A stretch of DNA of 64,000 nt from Gordius albopunctatus (GCA_964276515.1 OZ193909.1:4526001-4590000), one strand, 5' to 3'. Counted from the stretch's first letter, positions 11,858 through 27,200 are shown. Program-made: numbers and translations. The notes: generated by a model not told the origin, from the sequence alone.

Positions 11858-12920
11858 TAGAGGTCTGCATGGGCCGAAATTTCAGGGTCAGGCCCGGCCC
11901 ATACCCGCACAAATATATATTTTTTTACCCATACCCGCCCCGCAAAATGACAACAAAAAATGCGCCGCATCAGGCCCGCACGAGAAAAAAGCGTCAATGT
12001 TTTCAAAAAAAATTTATTTTTATAGAAACAATTTTTCATGTATGAAAAAATTGTTATAGCATATAGAAACGATATTAATAAAGAAAATTATAATTCAATA
12101 TTGTCATTTAGAAATAATAAACTGTCTATTCTATCACGTAGTAGTCTCTTACTAAACGTGCGTTCACTTGTAGCGCTTGTGGCTGGAATTGCCAAAAACT
12201 GTACAGCTAACTTTGTCAAATTAGGTAGGATAAGGCCGTGTTCTTTCCACCATGAAATAATATCAAGCTCATCATCTATCGGTTTAAGATTTAATTTAAA
12301 ATAAGTATCAAATTCATTGCTCTCCTCAATCTGCTCTCTTCATCGTCCTCCCAAACGGAGATATCCATATCGACTTCACCAATAGCTAATTGCCTACATA
12401 CCTGAGCTGAATTGCTCATAGATGGACGACTGATGCAAGAAGAGCTAGAATCTTCTTGCATTAATTTATTTAAAGTTTGTGTTACCATGGTTTTAACAAG
12501 AATAGCAATGTTGATATTATAAGTTTGTAATAAGAAGGAGAAGTGTAGCTAAAACTAATTAATTATAAAATAAAATTTTTTAATGAATTACCTTAAAGCT
12601 TAAAACAACGTCAATGAGATCTTGGAACAAATATTAAGCAATCTAAGAATTTGAAAAGCGAGGGAAAAAATAAACTATGAAGTTAAAAACAAACACTACC
12701 TTCTATCCATTCAATTAATTTACTTAATTAACGAAAAATATAATATTAAATTTTCCCTCAAAATAATACTGTTCAAATAGCAAATTTTTGTTAGAAAAAA
12801 TAAATTTTTTATCATCAAGATAATAAATGCATTTTTTTGTGTCAATACTAAATTTTTTCACTTATCAAAGCCCAAGCCCGGCCCGCAATTTTTTTAGTGC
12901 TCATTTTCAGGTCCGGCCCC
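11858..12920 (-). mobile_element. hAT transposon remnant (C-terminal dimerisation domain)
   Basis: Minus strand about 12276-12110 translates DDELDIISWWKEHGLILPNLTKLAVQFLAIPATSATSERTFS, the hAT dimerisation signature. A hAT-like terminus tagaggtctgca lies at 11858 with GCCCG subterminal repeats. Confidence 0.8.
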
Positions 12921-13563
12921 TGAATCTCACGAACCCAATCTCACGATTTACTCATTGCGCAAGCGCATAATTTCGATATGATTGAATTCAAATTCTCTAG
13001 AAAGCAAAAACTTATATTAATTGCTGACAACTATGAATAAAAAAAAGCTAAAATTGGGATAAAAAATCAATCATACAACCGTTGTAGGCAGAAATATTGT
13101 ACAGGGAAACAATATAACACATGATCACTTAGCAATTCCTCATAAAGTTAAAATTATAACTATTACTAATCCTGTAAAACTTTAGGTGTTATATGAAACC
13201 TATTTTAGGTTTTATGAGGCATGTATAATCTAATTCAAATAATATGAGCCCTACAACTGAACTGTAAGTTTTATGAATTAGAATACATAACTTATTTTTA
13301 GAGAATACTTCTTATGCTCATGAAAATATTTATCCATATATACGACAAAGTCAATGCTATTATATGCATGTTGTATTTGTTAGATATGTACAATAAAATT
13401 AGACCATATAATTGATTTATTGGTATTAATTGAATCATTAAAACCTCAATGACTTATGGCACAGAGATGGCTTAATTTAGAGCAACAATGTCACATTTGT
13501 ATATCTTTTTTAAAATTATTAAATTTCAAATTAAATCACTTGAGTTAAAGTTACCTGATTTAA

Positions 13564-15049
13564 CCCTCCATCGTACCTATGGGGTCTGACAGACCCCACG
13601 AAAGTTATAATTTAACATCACTTAAACAGTTTAAGATTTAGAGATCTGGTTTTTTTTAGAGTTTTCCTAAATACACAAAAGCTACATTCCCGGAAAATTT
13701 CATTCGATTTACTCCAATACTTTTTGAGATATAAGCGTTTGGGGTCCAATAGACCCCATAAGGCAAGTTAGGAAAGTTTTTTTGTTTTGGCCAAAAAAAT
13801 TTTTTCATTTTTTTACTTAAAAATAGTAATTTAAATATGTATATAACATTTGAAATGAATATCGCTACTCAAAATTTTAATTATTGACAATTATTGATGT
13901 TCATGTGGAGCTATTTTTAGTAATTGTTGTAATCAGCTGTTATGAGTTGGCCAAGCATCTTTTGGCAAATCATTCCCTAACAATGGTGGGAACTCTAAAA
14001 AAAATAAAAGGCAAATTCCACCAAATTTTGGCCAAGCTAAAGATGCAAAAGTTTTATCAAGTAATTTTCTTTTCCAAGAAAATCTAACATTAGTATCTTA
14101 CATTCCGAAAAAAACAAGCAGGTGATGTTGCTGTCATCTCTCCATTATGACCAAAAAATTGACCCAGAATCTGGGACTGCTCAAAAACCAGAAATAATCA
14201 CCTTTTACAACATGACTAAAGGGGGGGTTGATATAGTGGATCAACTTTGTGCATCCTATAATGTTGCAAGGGTGTCCAATCGCTGGCCCCTTACTGTTTT
14301 TTTCACCTTACTAAATATCGCAACCATAAATTCTATGCTAGTTTATGAGTTTAACCATCAAATTCGCATGTCAAGGCAAAAATTTATAAAAATGTTGACC
14401 AGAGAACTCTCCAAAATACATATGGTAAACAGGTTGAATAACAAACAGCTCCATAAAGATACAAGGAAATTCATTAAACGATTGTACAACGTTGAAGAGA
14501 ATCCTGAACCAAGATCTGATAAAAAACGAAGATGTTCCAGTTGCCCCCGCAAGCGAGATGTAAAAACAAGATTTTTGTGCAATTCTTGTCAAAACCCGGT
14601 CTGTTCTAGTCACATTGTAATGTTGTGTGAAAAATGCAGTGAAAAAAACGAAAAATAAAACACCTATTTTTAAAGTCTTCTATTTTTTTTCTGTATAATC
14701 ATTTTATCGTGAAATTATGTTTTTTATATTTTTTAAACATTCTTTTAATAAAAAACATTTACTTTTTATATTTTTGACGAATTGTTTAGAATCTGTGACA
14801 AAAATAAAACATGTCACTTTATATTTTATGAATTTTCTTCATGTTTAGTAAATTGCATATAATTTTTAAATTAATATTTATAATCAAAAATTTTTTTTTA
14901 CAAACCTACAAGAGGCTTTAATAAACTTATATTTAAAATTAGAGAACTTTTTCTTTAATGGTATTAAAGCTACGATCATTTTAAGATTGGGGTCTATTAG
15001 ACCCCATAAGTCATTCTGGGAGAGTAATTTCTATAGGTACGATGGAGGG
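13564..15049 (+). mobile_element. Internally deleted piggyBac element
   Basis: TTAA at 13560-13563 and 15050-15053, and perfect 17-bp TIRs ccctccatcgtacctat / ataggtacgatggaggg. Palindromic subterminal repeats ggggtc-N5-gacccc occur at 13581, 13741 and about 14989. Only the C-terminal transposase remains (frameshifted TMVGTL region, then KPEIITFYNMTKGGVD, RWP and the Cys-rich domain at 14122-14658). Confidence 0.95.
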
Positions 15050-16209
15050 TTAAGCATTTTATCTAAATAAATTAGAATTTGTGGCTATAAATATATGTAT
15101 AAATGTTTATGTAACTATTTTTGTAGCCTTATAAAATTTCTTATATAAAATTTTTCATTTAAATATTTTCCATGATCTTAATTTTTATCTTTTATTATGT
15201 ATCTATATAAAAAATTTAGAAAATAACATTTTAAGGCCAAAATTGCCTAAGTTTGAACATCTTTATTTTTTTTTGTTTTTAGGATATTTTTTACCAAAAT
15301 TTCCATGTTTATAGTTTTAACCTTCTTTTATATGATCTTATTTTTATTAAATATGTTGGAAACATGGTTTAGAGTAAGTAAAATTTAATGATATCAGTAT
15401 TACAATTACATTAATTATGTGTGTAGGAAAAGTAACTTCATTAATATATATATTAGGGATAAAAGTATGTGTTGCTCAATTTGTAGAGAACATTGCTTGT
15501 TATCAACATGATTAATAAAGTCATTATAGACTTAAAATTTATTATTGGTAATAGTAAAGAAAAAGTAATTGCACAAATATATTTAATAAGAATAAAAGTT
15601 TATTAACATTTAGCATAGGAATTAGAAGGTTGAAATTTCTAGAATCATGTAAATGCATAGGTGTGGGTACATTTGTGATGGATATAGTCTGTTTTATCTC
15701 TGATTTTGTAATTATTGATATAACTTGTGTTAATCAAATATCTCTATTTGTTCATACCTCTTTTTATTATAAATTACACTATAAAATCTAAAATAAGTTC
15801 ATTAAATATTGTGTACTAACGTTTATATTTAAACTTTCAATATCATTCATTTATAACAATCATAAATGACTAATATTAGTTTATTAAATTTAATGGTATA
15901 TATCGCACTTTGCACTTGTGTTTAATTTACGAAAGAATTGTTCATATATAGATAACTTACATATTAAAGATCTACTTTTCGTTTATAAATTTGTGATATA
16001 TTTTTTAAATATATAATCTCACTCAAATTTTTTTATATAATTATAAAATATACATCATTAATGATTAATAAGATATACAATATGTCATCTTTGTAAATTT
16101 TTACTTTTACATATAAACATACGATAGATTCATACATCGTGATATTGAGTGTGACATTTAGACCCAAATCCCAGCTGAGTGATAACTTTACGTTTTGTTT
16201 TAAGATGAG

Positions 16210-17047
16210 ATGAGTTTCTTATTGTAATGAATTTATTTATTTATTTATTATTATATGATTTATAGTGGGACTAGATCCTCAAAGACCTTTAAGCCTAAAA
16301 AAAATATTCCAGAGGGAACACATCAATATGATTTGATGAAACATGCTGCTACTACTCTAGGAAGTGGTAATTTGAGGCAAGCTGTTGCACTTCCTGAAGG
16401 AGAGGATTTGAATGAATGGATTGCCGTGAATGGTAAATATAGTTATATTCTTTCTAAAAAAATTAGTTGTTGACTTTTTTAATCAAATAAACATGCTTTA
16501 TGGCACCATAACTGAATATTGCACACCATATAAGTGTCCACTAATGAGTGCAGGACCTAAGTATGAATACCACTGGGCAGACGGAACTACTATAAAGAAG
16601 CCAATAAAATGTTCTGCCCCTCAGTACATAGATTTTTTGATGACCTGGATACAAGAGAAACTAGATGATGAAACATTATTTCCATCAAAAATAGGTAATT
16701 GCTTGGTCATTTTTGCTTTTGCAAATCTATTTTTGTTATTTAAAATTATTTATATTTTTTTAAAGGTGTTCCTTTCCCCAAAAATTTTATTTCAACAGCA
16801 AAAATCATATTGAAACGTCTTTTCCGGGTATATGCACATATCTATTATCAACATTTCTCTGAAGTTATGAAATTAGGTAACTTATTTATTTTGATATGTT
16901 TAAATTAAGCAAAAAGGGGAAGAAGCTCACCTCAACACCTCTTTCAAGCATTTTATATATTTTATACAAGAATTTAATATGATTGAAAAACGTGAATTAG
17001 CTCCATTGCAAGAGCTTATTGATAAACTTACTACTAAAGACAGATGA
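16210..17047 (+). CDS. MOB1: MOB kinase activator 1 (Mob1/mats), 5 exons
   Basis: Exons 16210-16223, 16266-16432, 16467-16694, 16766-16876 and 16917-17047 splice in frame to MSFLFGTRSSKTFKPKKNIPEGTHQYDLMKHA...EEAHLNTSFKHF...LIDKLTTKDR*. Confidence 0.97.
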
Positions 17048-20000
17048 AAACACTGTTTATATTTTATTTATATTGCTTTGGCTTAAAATGTGATAATCAG
17101 TAATATTAATTATATTTATCAAAATTATTTATTACAAGTTCTTTACTATATGCAAATGGTTTTGAACCATTATTGTACATGCAATCATGAAAACACAAAG
17201 TTGTGTCATTATATCTATTTGTAACTTTTTTGCATTAATTTTTGTAATAAACAACTATAGAAATTGTTAAATTCACTTTTTAAAATGAATACGCTAAGTT
17301 TATAGTAAAGTTAAAATATGGTATTGAAATTGTTAATTATTAAGAAGAACCATTATATCAATCCTTATTTTTTTTTAAAATTCTATCATTAAATATTTTA
17401 ATTTTTGAGAATATCAAATTATTTTGGAATAAGTTATGCATTAAAATTAAATTATCAGATTTCTTTTGAATATTTTATTACTTCTAATGTGTAGCATAAA
17501 ATGAAATTTTAATCAGTTAAATGTACACTTATGAGAGAGAGTATGTTAGCAGGGAAAACATTTTAAGTTAGTTGTTTAGAGGATAAGTTTTTAAATGCAA
17601 AAACAATTGTCATTTCTTAATTCCTGACTTATCTGTATTTACTAGTATTGTCTTAGGTAAATGATTAAAATCTATTAAGCAGCTAGTCAAAGTTTGCCCC
17701 TAAACATCAATGTAATCCCGAACCGTGTCCTATTAAGTAGATTTTTTCAGCCTAAGCCTGGCGTTTCTTTTTGTTTTTACTTCAACCCTAACTTAACCCT
17801 ATTTTTTCAATATTCATGTCGAACTAAACCAAATGATTATTATAAAATCTGAACCCAAACCGTAATTTAAATTATCCATAACTTACCTGTTGAAATAACA
17901 AAGTTTTGAATTGACGGGGAAACATGTGAAACTCGGTAACTTTATAATTTAGATGGACTGAATAAAATATGATGCAAAAGTTTTTTAAACTGACCCCAAC
18001 CCAATGAATTGAACTGAAGCAAACTAATCTATTATAAAATAATATTTAAACAAACTCAACTCAATATTGAACAATTATCTTCACACAGCGCACATTATAT
18101 AGCTTCCAAACTTCAGCTTTTCCCCTGTCTATAATAATATAACTGACCTGAATCGCAAATCTTATTCTAGTATTTAAATATATTTATAGTATTGCGAAAT
18201 AAGAAAGGTAAATATTTCAAAAAAAATTTCGTAAGGAACTGTTAAATATAATATATTTTTTAAAGTTATATTTTTTTATTTCAAACTTATCCTAGTTTTA
18301 AATTACGAGTAATAACTACTGCATTTTATATTAAAATAGTGAAATAATTTTCAAAATAAAAATGTTCAAAAGTTTTATTCGAAAAATCGGGTTGGGCCTA
18401 GATAAAAAAAACTCTTTCGGGCCGGACTCGGACAGAAGAAATTTCACTTTGCAGGGCTGTAGTTATAGGTGAACTGGGTAGCGCAAGATCACGCTAAAAT
18501 TAAGCTTTTCTTTAAAATCGTTTAAATTGAAGTATTTGTTACAGGATCATGTTGTATGGTCAAAAATGAGGAGATTGGAGTGTATTACCCCTATAAATTA
18601 ATAAAATTAAAGCTAATCAATTGAGACTTTAAATTTATATTAAGGATTAAAATATATGAATATAATTTTGGTTTACCAACAACCCGTGAATTGTTATGTT
18701 GGAAAGATAAAAGAGGTATGAGAGGCGCGCATCTAATTGGAAATTATAAATGATGCGTTATTTTTAAATTTATATTACTTAATAGTTATTATTAAGCTGG
18801 TCCATCCAAAACATGATGATATTAGCGCCTAATCGGTAAAAGAAAAAATATTTGTAGGCGGATCAAGTTGAGACCTAAAATATTAAGATAAGTCTGAACC
18901 TCGTGATTCACATTAGAGTAGAAAACAACAAAGTCACTTTTTTTCAACTCGAACCCAACCCGAAAGTAATTAAAAAATTTCAACCCGAACTTGACGCTTA
19001 AGCGTTTAAAATTTTAAACCCAAACTTTACAGGAAAGCGTTTAAAATTTTGAACCCAAACTTTACCGGAAAACGCTTAAATTTTTTTAACCGAATCCCTC
19101 CCGAAGGCGTTTTATTGGTATCCGACGGGTAGTAAGAAAAATTGCGGTGTAAACTTAATCGACAGATTAAAGTGCGATTTATGAAACTAATTGATACCAC
19201 AGATTTCGATTACTAAATTTATTTGAATGATTTATTGTAGTGATGTACGAATATGATAGCATCTACAATATCGGGTCCCAAATCAATTTGTAATGTTTGC
19301 ATATAAACTCTTTAATAATTTAAATTTACTATTATGTTGGTTCATGAGTATATATTTATATAATTTAAATTAATAATGAATTAACACTTCATACTATTTA
19401 AAAATATTATTTTATCAATATATATTACCTTTCACGAGTCATATTTTAAAATGCGTCCAAATTAAAATAATCATATTTAAAATACAACTAAAAAAATAAT
19501 TAACAGAATGAATTATCTTAAATTATACATTTCGATATTAATTAAAAATATTAGTCCCGTGTATTTTGCAATGTAAGATTCATAACCTTTGACCCGACCT
19601 TCATTCAAATCAGAGACCAGGGGCCGGGCAACTGTCCTAAATTTTTATTTTCGGGGGGCCCGGGTGGGCGGCACGAAGATAGGTTTCGGGCAATTGGGGC
19701 TTAATAAGATTTTTAAATAGTGTATTATTTTGTTACTTTATATTTTATTGCATATTAAAATGCTAAAAAAGTTAAGAAACTTGATTTCGCCATCACAAAG
19801 TTTCTCCAATTAACCTTTATTATTCGTCGCTTTCGCTAAGTTACTACTTATTTTCATGATAAAAAATTTCTATACCTTTCTTTTTTTGCTTCAAGTTAAA
19901 AGAATTATCCATAAATTGCATTTAAATTCGATTGATAAATTATTGTCTTTTTAACAAAAAAGTAAGTTTAAACAGAGCACAGATTGACTAATTGAACTAA

Positions 20001-21205
20001 TTTTATTCATTAAGAAGCTTATTTATGGGCAGGGCAAAGGGGTTAACTCAAAAGGGGAGTATAATTTCGTTTATCGTAATATTATTTATTAAATATGTAA
20101 ACTTTAAACTTAATTAAAAAATTGCTGCATAAATATTTTCTAATTAAAAAATTGCTGCATAAATATTTTCATGGACTTGTTTTATTAAATATGCCATTAA
20201 TTTAATGCTTATTTTTTAATTGCGGTTGAAAGAATTTGAGATCGCAAAATTTCGGGCCTAACAGGCAAATTTAATATTTCGGGTCGGGCAGCTTTAATGT
20301 TTCGGGCGGGCAATCAAGTTAAAAAATTGAAACGGAACAAATCTTAGCCCTGCTTCAAATCCAACCCGCCCGACCACAAAGCATTTTCAAACAGTTTTAA
20401 ACCCAAACCCGACGCGAAGACGTTTCAAAACTTTCATGTCTGGTAAGGTCACCCGTGGAGGACTCTACATTTGAGACATTTATGTTAAACATGTTACCTC
20501 GGTCAACACATTAGGTATTGTATCAAATTTAATTACTACTATTATGCATAATATGGTATCGGGGTTAATAAATCACGTAAATAAGCATATAAATATGCTT
20601 ACGAAAACGATGCTTAGGCTGGAATTTCTCAAAAGGTCGACACGCAACCTAGAGTAGTAACATTCAAAAATTGCCCCCCGACGAAAAATCGAAAATTTAA
20701 TCGTAATAATATAGGGATAATAATGATTGATATGACAAAGTGTGTGTTTGTGGTTTGTGCGTTTAAACCCTCGAGCCCCGAAAAATAAAATCCCAAAAAA
20801 CATTCCGGAAAAAAATAAAAGTTGAGCGGAAAAGAGTATTAGCAAATAATTAAAAAGGCAATTTAAGAGCTTGGCTGAGGCATGGTGTGGGCAAGTGATA
20901 TGTTAAAACCCAGTTGGCTTAAAATTTAAGCGTTTTTAACAATTAAGGAGACGGACCAGACTAAAATATCGTAGTGATGAGGAGGTATTACAAAGCTTTT
21001 GACAATAAATGTTCCCCTCAAAAATGTGTATTATTACGGAAAACCATTGCGATTCTCTTATAAAGGATTGCATTGCAGCTAGGAAAAATGAGTAAGAGAT
21101 GACATTTTTTATAATGGATAAAACGACAATTTTTTTAAAAAATCTCGGTGAAAGAAAAGTTGAGGATAAGGACACTGCAAGGCTTTCGGTTGATTGGTGG
21201 TGGTG

Positions 21206-24200
21206 TTATAAAGGGCTTTCGTAATATGCTTTAGCCTCTCGCTCTAATTCCATGCTCTCTTGCATAAGTTGATCAAATTCGCTTTGGTGTTGGAATTTGT
21301 TACCCGTAGACGGCGAAGCAGCTACGTTACGCCCGATGTACCTGAAATACATTTTTGGCAAAGAGTTAAATTATAACGATTGTTGAAATAATTGTTTCAA
21401 AAAATATTTTTAAAAAGTATGGAATTTTAAAAAAATATTGTAATTGGTAGTTTTGTAAAAACGACTGGGTGTTGTTCAGTCGACCCGTGGCTTTGATTCA
21501 CTAAACATGAGACCAAAGGTTTTTTGGGCCGTTTCTCTTAGTCCCATAAATAGACCAAATGTTTTTTGGTCAAACCTTTAGTCTGTTTATAAAAAACAAC
21601 GCATTGCCGGTATTTAATATCCACGAAGATTAAAATACAAAACATGTATAAAATCATAGATTAAAATACAAAACATGTATAAAATCATAGAGATTAAAAT
21701 GTATTAGTTTTAGTGTAGAAATTGAAGTACCTAATGGGCAATTTACGGTTAATAGCCGTCTTAACCCTGGGGCAAACGTAATACCAAGCGCCCATATTTT
21801 TAGGCTCTTCTTGCACCCAGACCAATTCCGCGTTGGGATACTTGGCGATTTCGGCTTCAACCAAATCGAATGGGAAGGGCGATATCTGATTAAAATGTCA
21901 CTTTTTAAGCCTGTCAGTTTAAGCATCTTAAATCGTAATAAATTTGGGAGAAAATGTATCTTCCTTTCTAACTTATATTGTAAATACTTGAAAAGTTATT
22001 TAAAATTAGGCAAAGAAATTAGTTTACAAATTCAATCGCGATTGGCGTGATGCAAATATTAATTAAATTTGTCAATTATATGAAATCAAATAGGCGCGCC
22101 TGAAGCAAAATCGCGTATTAAGAAGACACAGCCTAATTCAGCTATGGAAGCCAACTAGAAAAGCAATTTAAGAGAAGGATGTTTACCCCCAAAAAATAAG
22201 GGATAACATATGCCCATCGCTATTCCCTGCCTGAGTGTGCCCTTCTGAATCGTTATTATTCGAGCAAAATGTGTAACAAATTATATGGGTCTCGGTTTTG
22301 ATGTTTCACCAATCACTATTTCATACAGGATGATCCTGACTTAACAACACACTCTTGCCGTCAAACCCAATAATTAAGTGAAATAAATCATAGACTTAAT
22401 GCCCACTCGAACTGTTTCGTTGCTCAATTTTAATTATGCTACGATTCTTGATGTAAGCAATATTAACCATTTTTCGCGTACAAACTTTGCGAAGCCCTTC
22501 CTTTCCCAAAGAGCTGAGCCATGAGTGCATCCTAGGGGAAATATGATGCAGGCATTCGGTTAGTATAAATAACCCAAAAGTAGGCAATTAAATGTTTTAC
22601 CCCATTTCTCTTTGTCAAATGTTTAAAAAGTCATCCTTTGAATGGATGTCTTAATATACTAAACTCAGCTAAATAACTCGATTTAAACTGCAAAATCAAA
22701 TTAGAAAACGTTTTAAATGTTAGGGTCAACCCAAACAACAATATCTTAAGGGTCACTTGTTCGATGCGTGTCATGGCTATAACGTCTTCTTTCTTGCGTT
22801 CTTCCCGTTCTTTATCGAGGTCGAAGTATACCTTACCCGTGCATAGTATGTGCCTCTTCACGCCTGAGCTATTAGAGGCTGCCGCTCCTTGGTCTGGAAT
22901 AATTCGTCTAAAATTCGTGCCTGTTGTTGATGAATTAAATAAAATGTGGGGGATTCATATTCTACTGATTTAATTTCATAACTTTCTAATTATCAGGTTG
23001 TTAAGCTGAATTTATTCACAAAATGGCTAAACTAATCTTTAAGAAAAAACTTTTCTCAAACACGGGGGGGGTAATCGTAGTTAAAAGTATAAAGCCGCTA
23101 TCCAAACAAAATACATTACCGACTGAACAACGGAGCCAAATAAACACGTGTTTATCTAAGGTTTAATAAAACTGATTTCAACCCTAGTTACAAATAAAAG
23201 TAACAAAATCAATAGTTTGAAACGATTACTTTTAATTAAGCTTCTTGATGCGTCTAAGTTTTATGATTGACCACTGACTTGCTATAGTGTAGTAAAACGG
23301 CTGGCTTTTGTTAGGTCAACCTAACAAACTAAAGGTTTTTTGGTCTTTTTTATCTTAGTTGACCGCTAGGCTTAGTCGAAATTTGGAAAAGAGAAAAAGT
23401 GGAGAGAGCAAAACCCAGCCGTTTTTAAAATACTAGTTGAAGCATTTAACTCGTTTCAGCCTCGAAGTACTCAATTAATAATAATAATAAGTAAGAATAA
23501 ATGCTCAAGGTACGATATTTTATGGGTAAAGTGGCAAAATTGAGGGTTACCTTCGAGCATCTCGTCGAAACTGGACCTGGCTTTAGGATGGCGCAATAGA
23601 CTTTTGGGCGTGAATATGACTAGCTATTATGAGGTAATTATTTAAAAAAGATGATATAATATAGGCACAGTTCAGTGGCAGGTTCAGATATTAAGACATT
23701 ACAACGAAAATAGATGACACACTGCTCCAAAATAGTTTCAAGAAGCAAACTTTGGCATTAAACACGCAATTTCCCAATTTCTTTAAAATCCCTTCCCCAA
23801 ACACATATACGTGTTATTCAATCGAATATGTAACCGCTAAATAATAATAAAACGGAACTTTTGCGCAAAACTAAGATATAATAATCACCGGTTTCCTGAA
23901 GGGTAGGGCGATCTGCCTCCTCAGGATGTGGAATAAGTTGGAGGGAACCGTACAATTAGCTATTATCCAATTGATATCGTGCAATTGCTGCAAATCAAAG
24001 TGGGGCTCTTTCATCTAGTTTCCACGAATAAAATGTAGTCATGTCGTCATATAAATTTAAACGAAAAAAATTAAAATATAGTCGTCCCAGCCGCATGATT
24101 TACATTTATAAATATTTCAAACAAATTATCTACTAACCGATGAAAGGCCATTTTAAGGCTAAATTTATGTCAACTAAGCCCATTTAGGATCCATACGACA

Positions 24201-27200
24201 GGAAAAGCTTTAAAAGAATACGCCGTTTATAATGTATCCCCACACAGAAAAAATTTTCTTCCCTAGGGTTGCTTTAAATTGCCAACTAATATTATTAATT
24301 ATTAGCTTCGTAAATCATATTTTACGCACATAATTACTACACCTAAATTTAAAAAATCTCGTTGTTCCCACGTTTTTTCCGTATTTGCAACCCCTTTTAC
24401 CCTTTATAAATTAACTAAAATAAAAAAAGAGATGGCAACACCTCTCTGTAACTTATCAAAAATTCGCTTGCTGGCTAAAAGTATAATTTGATCAAATTTC
24501 AATGGCAAAATCGAAACCGAAATATTTTTTCTGAACCATCTATAGAGAGGGACTTTGCAATTTGTCAAAGCTGATAAAATGTAAGCACTCTTATAATCTA
24601 AAAAAAGTCCCCAAAGGCTTACGGGATAATAGTCGGGGTCGTCGTTGCACATTTGCAAAAAGCGTTCCACCCGGGCACTAGAATGTTCGGGGCCCATGCC
24701 CTCGTAGCCGTGGGGCAGGAGCATGACTATCCCGCTTTGCCGAACCCATTTAGCTTGACCCGATGAGATGAATTGATCTATTATGCACTGGGCCGTGTTA
24801 TTGAAATCTCCGAATTGAGCTTCCCATATGATCAAGGAATTGGGTTTGGTCAGGGAGTAACCCAACTCGAAACCTGCATAATGTACAAGCGAGTTTATGA
24901 GCACTTAAGCGCTAAGCAATGTATAAGCCGATTTTATTTAATCCAAAATGTCCTGTCTGTCTGTCTGTCCCGTAGTAATAATAATGATAATGCATTTGTA
25001 GTGTTGTAAAAACGGCTAGGATTGGTTTGGTCGATCTTCGGTTTTAGTGGACTAAACATCAACAAACCAAATATGTTTTAGCCGTTGACTCAAAAATATA
25101 CTCCTTCCACCGAGTAGGAATCTTTTCCCATAAAAATATTAGATGGTAAGGATGAGATAGTGGTACCGAACCGACGAATACATATGACGTGTAAGCAAAC
25201 TTTCGTTAACTTTAATTTAAAATAAAGGATTTCACCTATCCTCCGTGAGAGAGCATGGGCAAAGAAAGAGATAGTACACTGACGCAATCGCTAAAATGTG
25301 AAAAACTTTTTAAGGTTATGATGATACTCTAGGTGAGATGTGTGTATATTTTTCTGATAACAACAAACTTTCGTAAACATCTATAATACAAACAACGGCT
25401 ATTATTCATGAAAGTTGTGAGAAACTTTTTAATTTATAGTTATGCTAACAGTAACAGGATTCACGCAATATTTTTTTGTTTAATCATAACGTACGTCTTG
25501 GCATTATTCTTCCCAAATGACTAAACTAATGATTTTCAAGCGCTATTCTAACGTCACAAAATCAAAGAAACTAGGGCAACTTCCATCTCAAAAGTCACTC
25601 CAAAACTGGAAAAAAAATATTTAAAAAAAAGTGAACCTACTAGGAACAGTAATAAAAAAGATTCGTTTTGGACGTGATATAAATCACAAATCGTCGTGCA
25701 TACCTAAAACGGCGTATTCGGAGAGCGAGCTATTACAAACGGTGTAGGGTGGCTGATTAGGCCACATATTTTGCAACGGTACCATGGTGACCGAATCGCG
25801 ATCTTGGTCGTGCAAGACGTGATGTCGATGGCTAGCAACAATCAGATATCACGAAATCAATCAAATTATAAAGGCAAAATTATTCTCATTCGCGAATTTA
25901 AAAAGGTGAAAACTGAGAAAAAACCCAAATTTTATTCACTATAAAATTTAGTCATGTCAAAAAATTTAAAGGGGTCCTGTAGATCAAATTAAGGCAATTA
26001 TATATTTTCTATTTCTAAAAGCGTCTGTGAAACGTTTTTCTAATAAATTTATTCTTAGACTGCACCACTCCGTTGGTTAGTTTCAAATAAATGACACGGA
26101 TGTGAAAATGTTCATAAAATAATTTGCCTAACGATTGATTGCTTATTAGCAAAAGCGGAAAGAATTCAAACGAGCTAATATAAATCAGTTATTATTTTTT
26201 ATTAACCTTCCAAGCAAAATATTTTGGAAATTCGTGTCTTAATCACATCGACATATAACTTGGTGGCAATAATTTAAGTGGAAAAAATTAAAGCGATCCC
26301 CTTAATTATTCCTTCAATTCTCAAACCGCAGCGCATATAGAAGTTGGGGGAGGGGGGGATGTACCTAAAAGTGCCCCTCTCGACATCTTGACCACTTAGC
26401 CTCACGTGCACGTCGTCTTTTAGGAGAGACCCAAAGGCAAAGGCTTCACCCAGAGCCCAATCCACAACTCGATCTTTAACCATGTTCGCTCTTTGATTGA
26501 GCACCCTCTTCAAACCTAGGCCAATTTGAGGAAGAAAATAACGTAGCCAGGAATAGTGAATATTTTTTATCGGGATTCAGTCAGCAAAACTTTTTAAATT
26601 TCAAATCTGTTCTACAATCCGCGAAAAGATAGTTTCTTCAAAGTGGATTAGTTAAGAAGAGAATAAAAATGTCAAATGAGTCCTTTTAAATAAAAGCCCA
26701 ATTTATGGGTGAATGCAAAAACATTTATCGACAACTTTGAATCGTATAGAATACCAGCGCCGACACAATCGTGTCTTAAAAAACGGTCTGCTTAAGGCCT
26801 TGTCTTAATATCGGATTCAGATTCAAATGGCGCGAATTTATCTTTATCAAATATCCGATACCATTTCATGTGTCAAACTCGGTTGCAATTATTAATATTT
26901 TGTTTTTTGATAGTTAAAAACGTTTTTTTTCGTTGTTTATTTCAACTCTTGAGATTAATCGCTGTTATATTATGCGTCGTCTGAAATGCAAATCTGTTGC
27001 TGTGAATTAGAAGTTAAGACACGGGGCTATGTTATAACCACCCGTACAACGATTTTTGCTGCACAGCAAAATCCGATATTAAGACAAGCTCTAAGTCGGA
27101 CAAATAGCGATTAAATCGTAAATTAGCCAGTTTTCATTTGCAAATTTTAACGGCTAAATTAAAAAGATAACAAATTCAATTGTTACTCACAAAAATTTAA

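Noticed and set aside
17690..20470. Clusters of acccga/gcccg motifs as regulatory sites
   Set aside because: They resemble decayed subterminal repeats of hAT-type MITEs, and boundaries could not be defined.
20573..21175. Short hydrophobic ORFs downstream of OGDH and similar 60-100 aa ORFs elsewhere
   Set aside because: No recognisable motifs; the composition reflects AT-rich non-coding DNA or antisense frames of real exons.
21627..21692. 31-bp tandem duplication in the last OGDH intron
   Set aside because: An ordinary slippage-type duplication with no sign of function.
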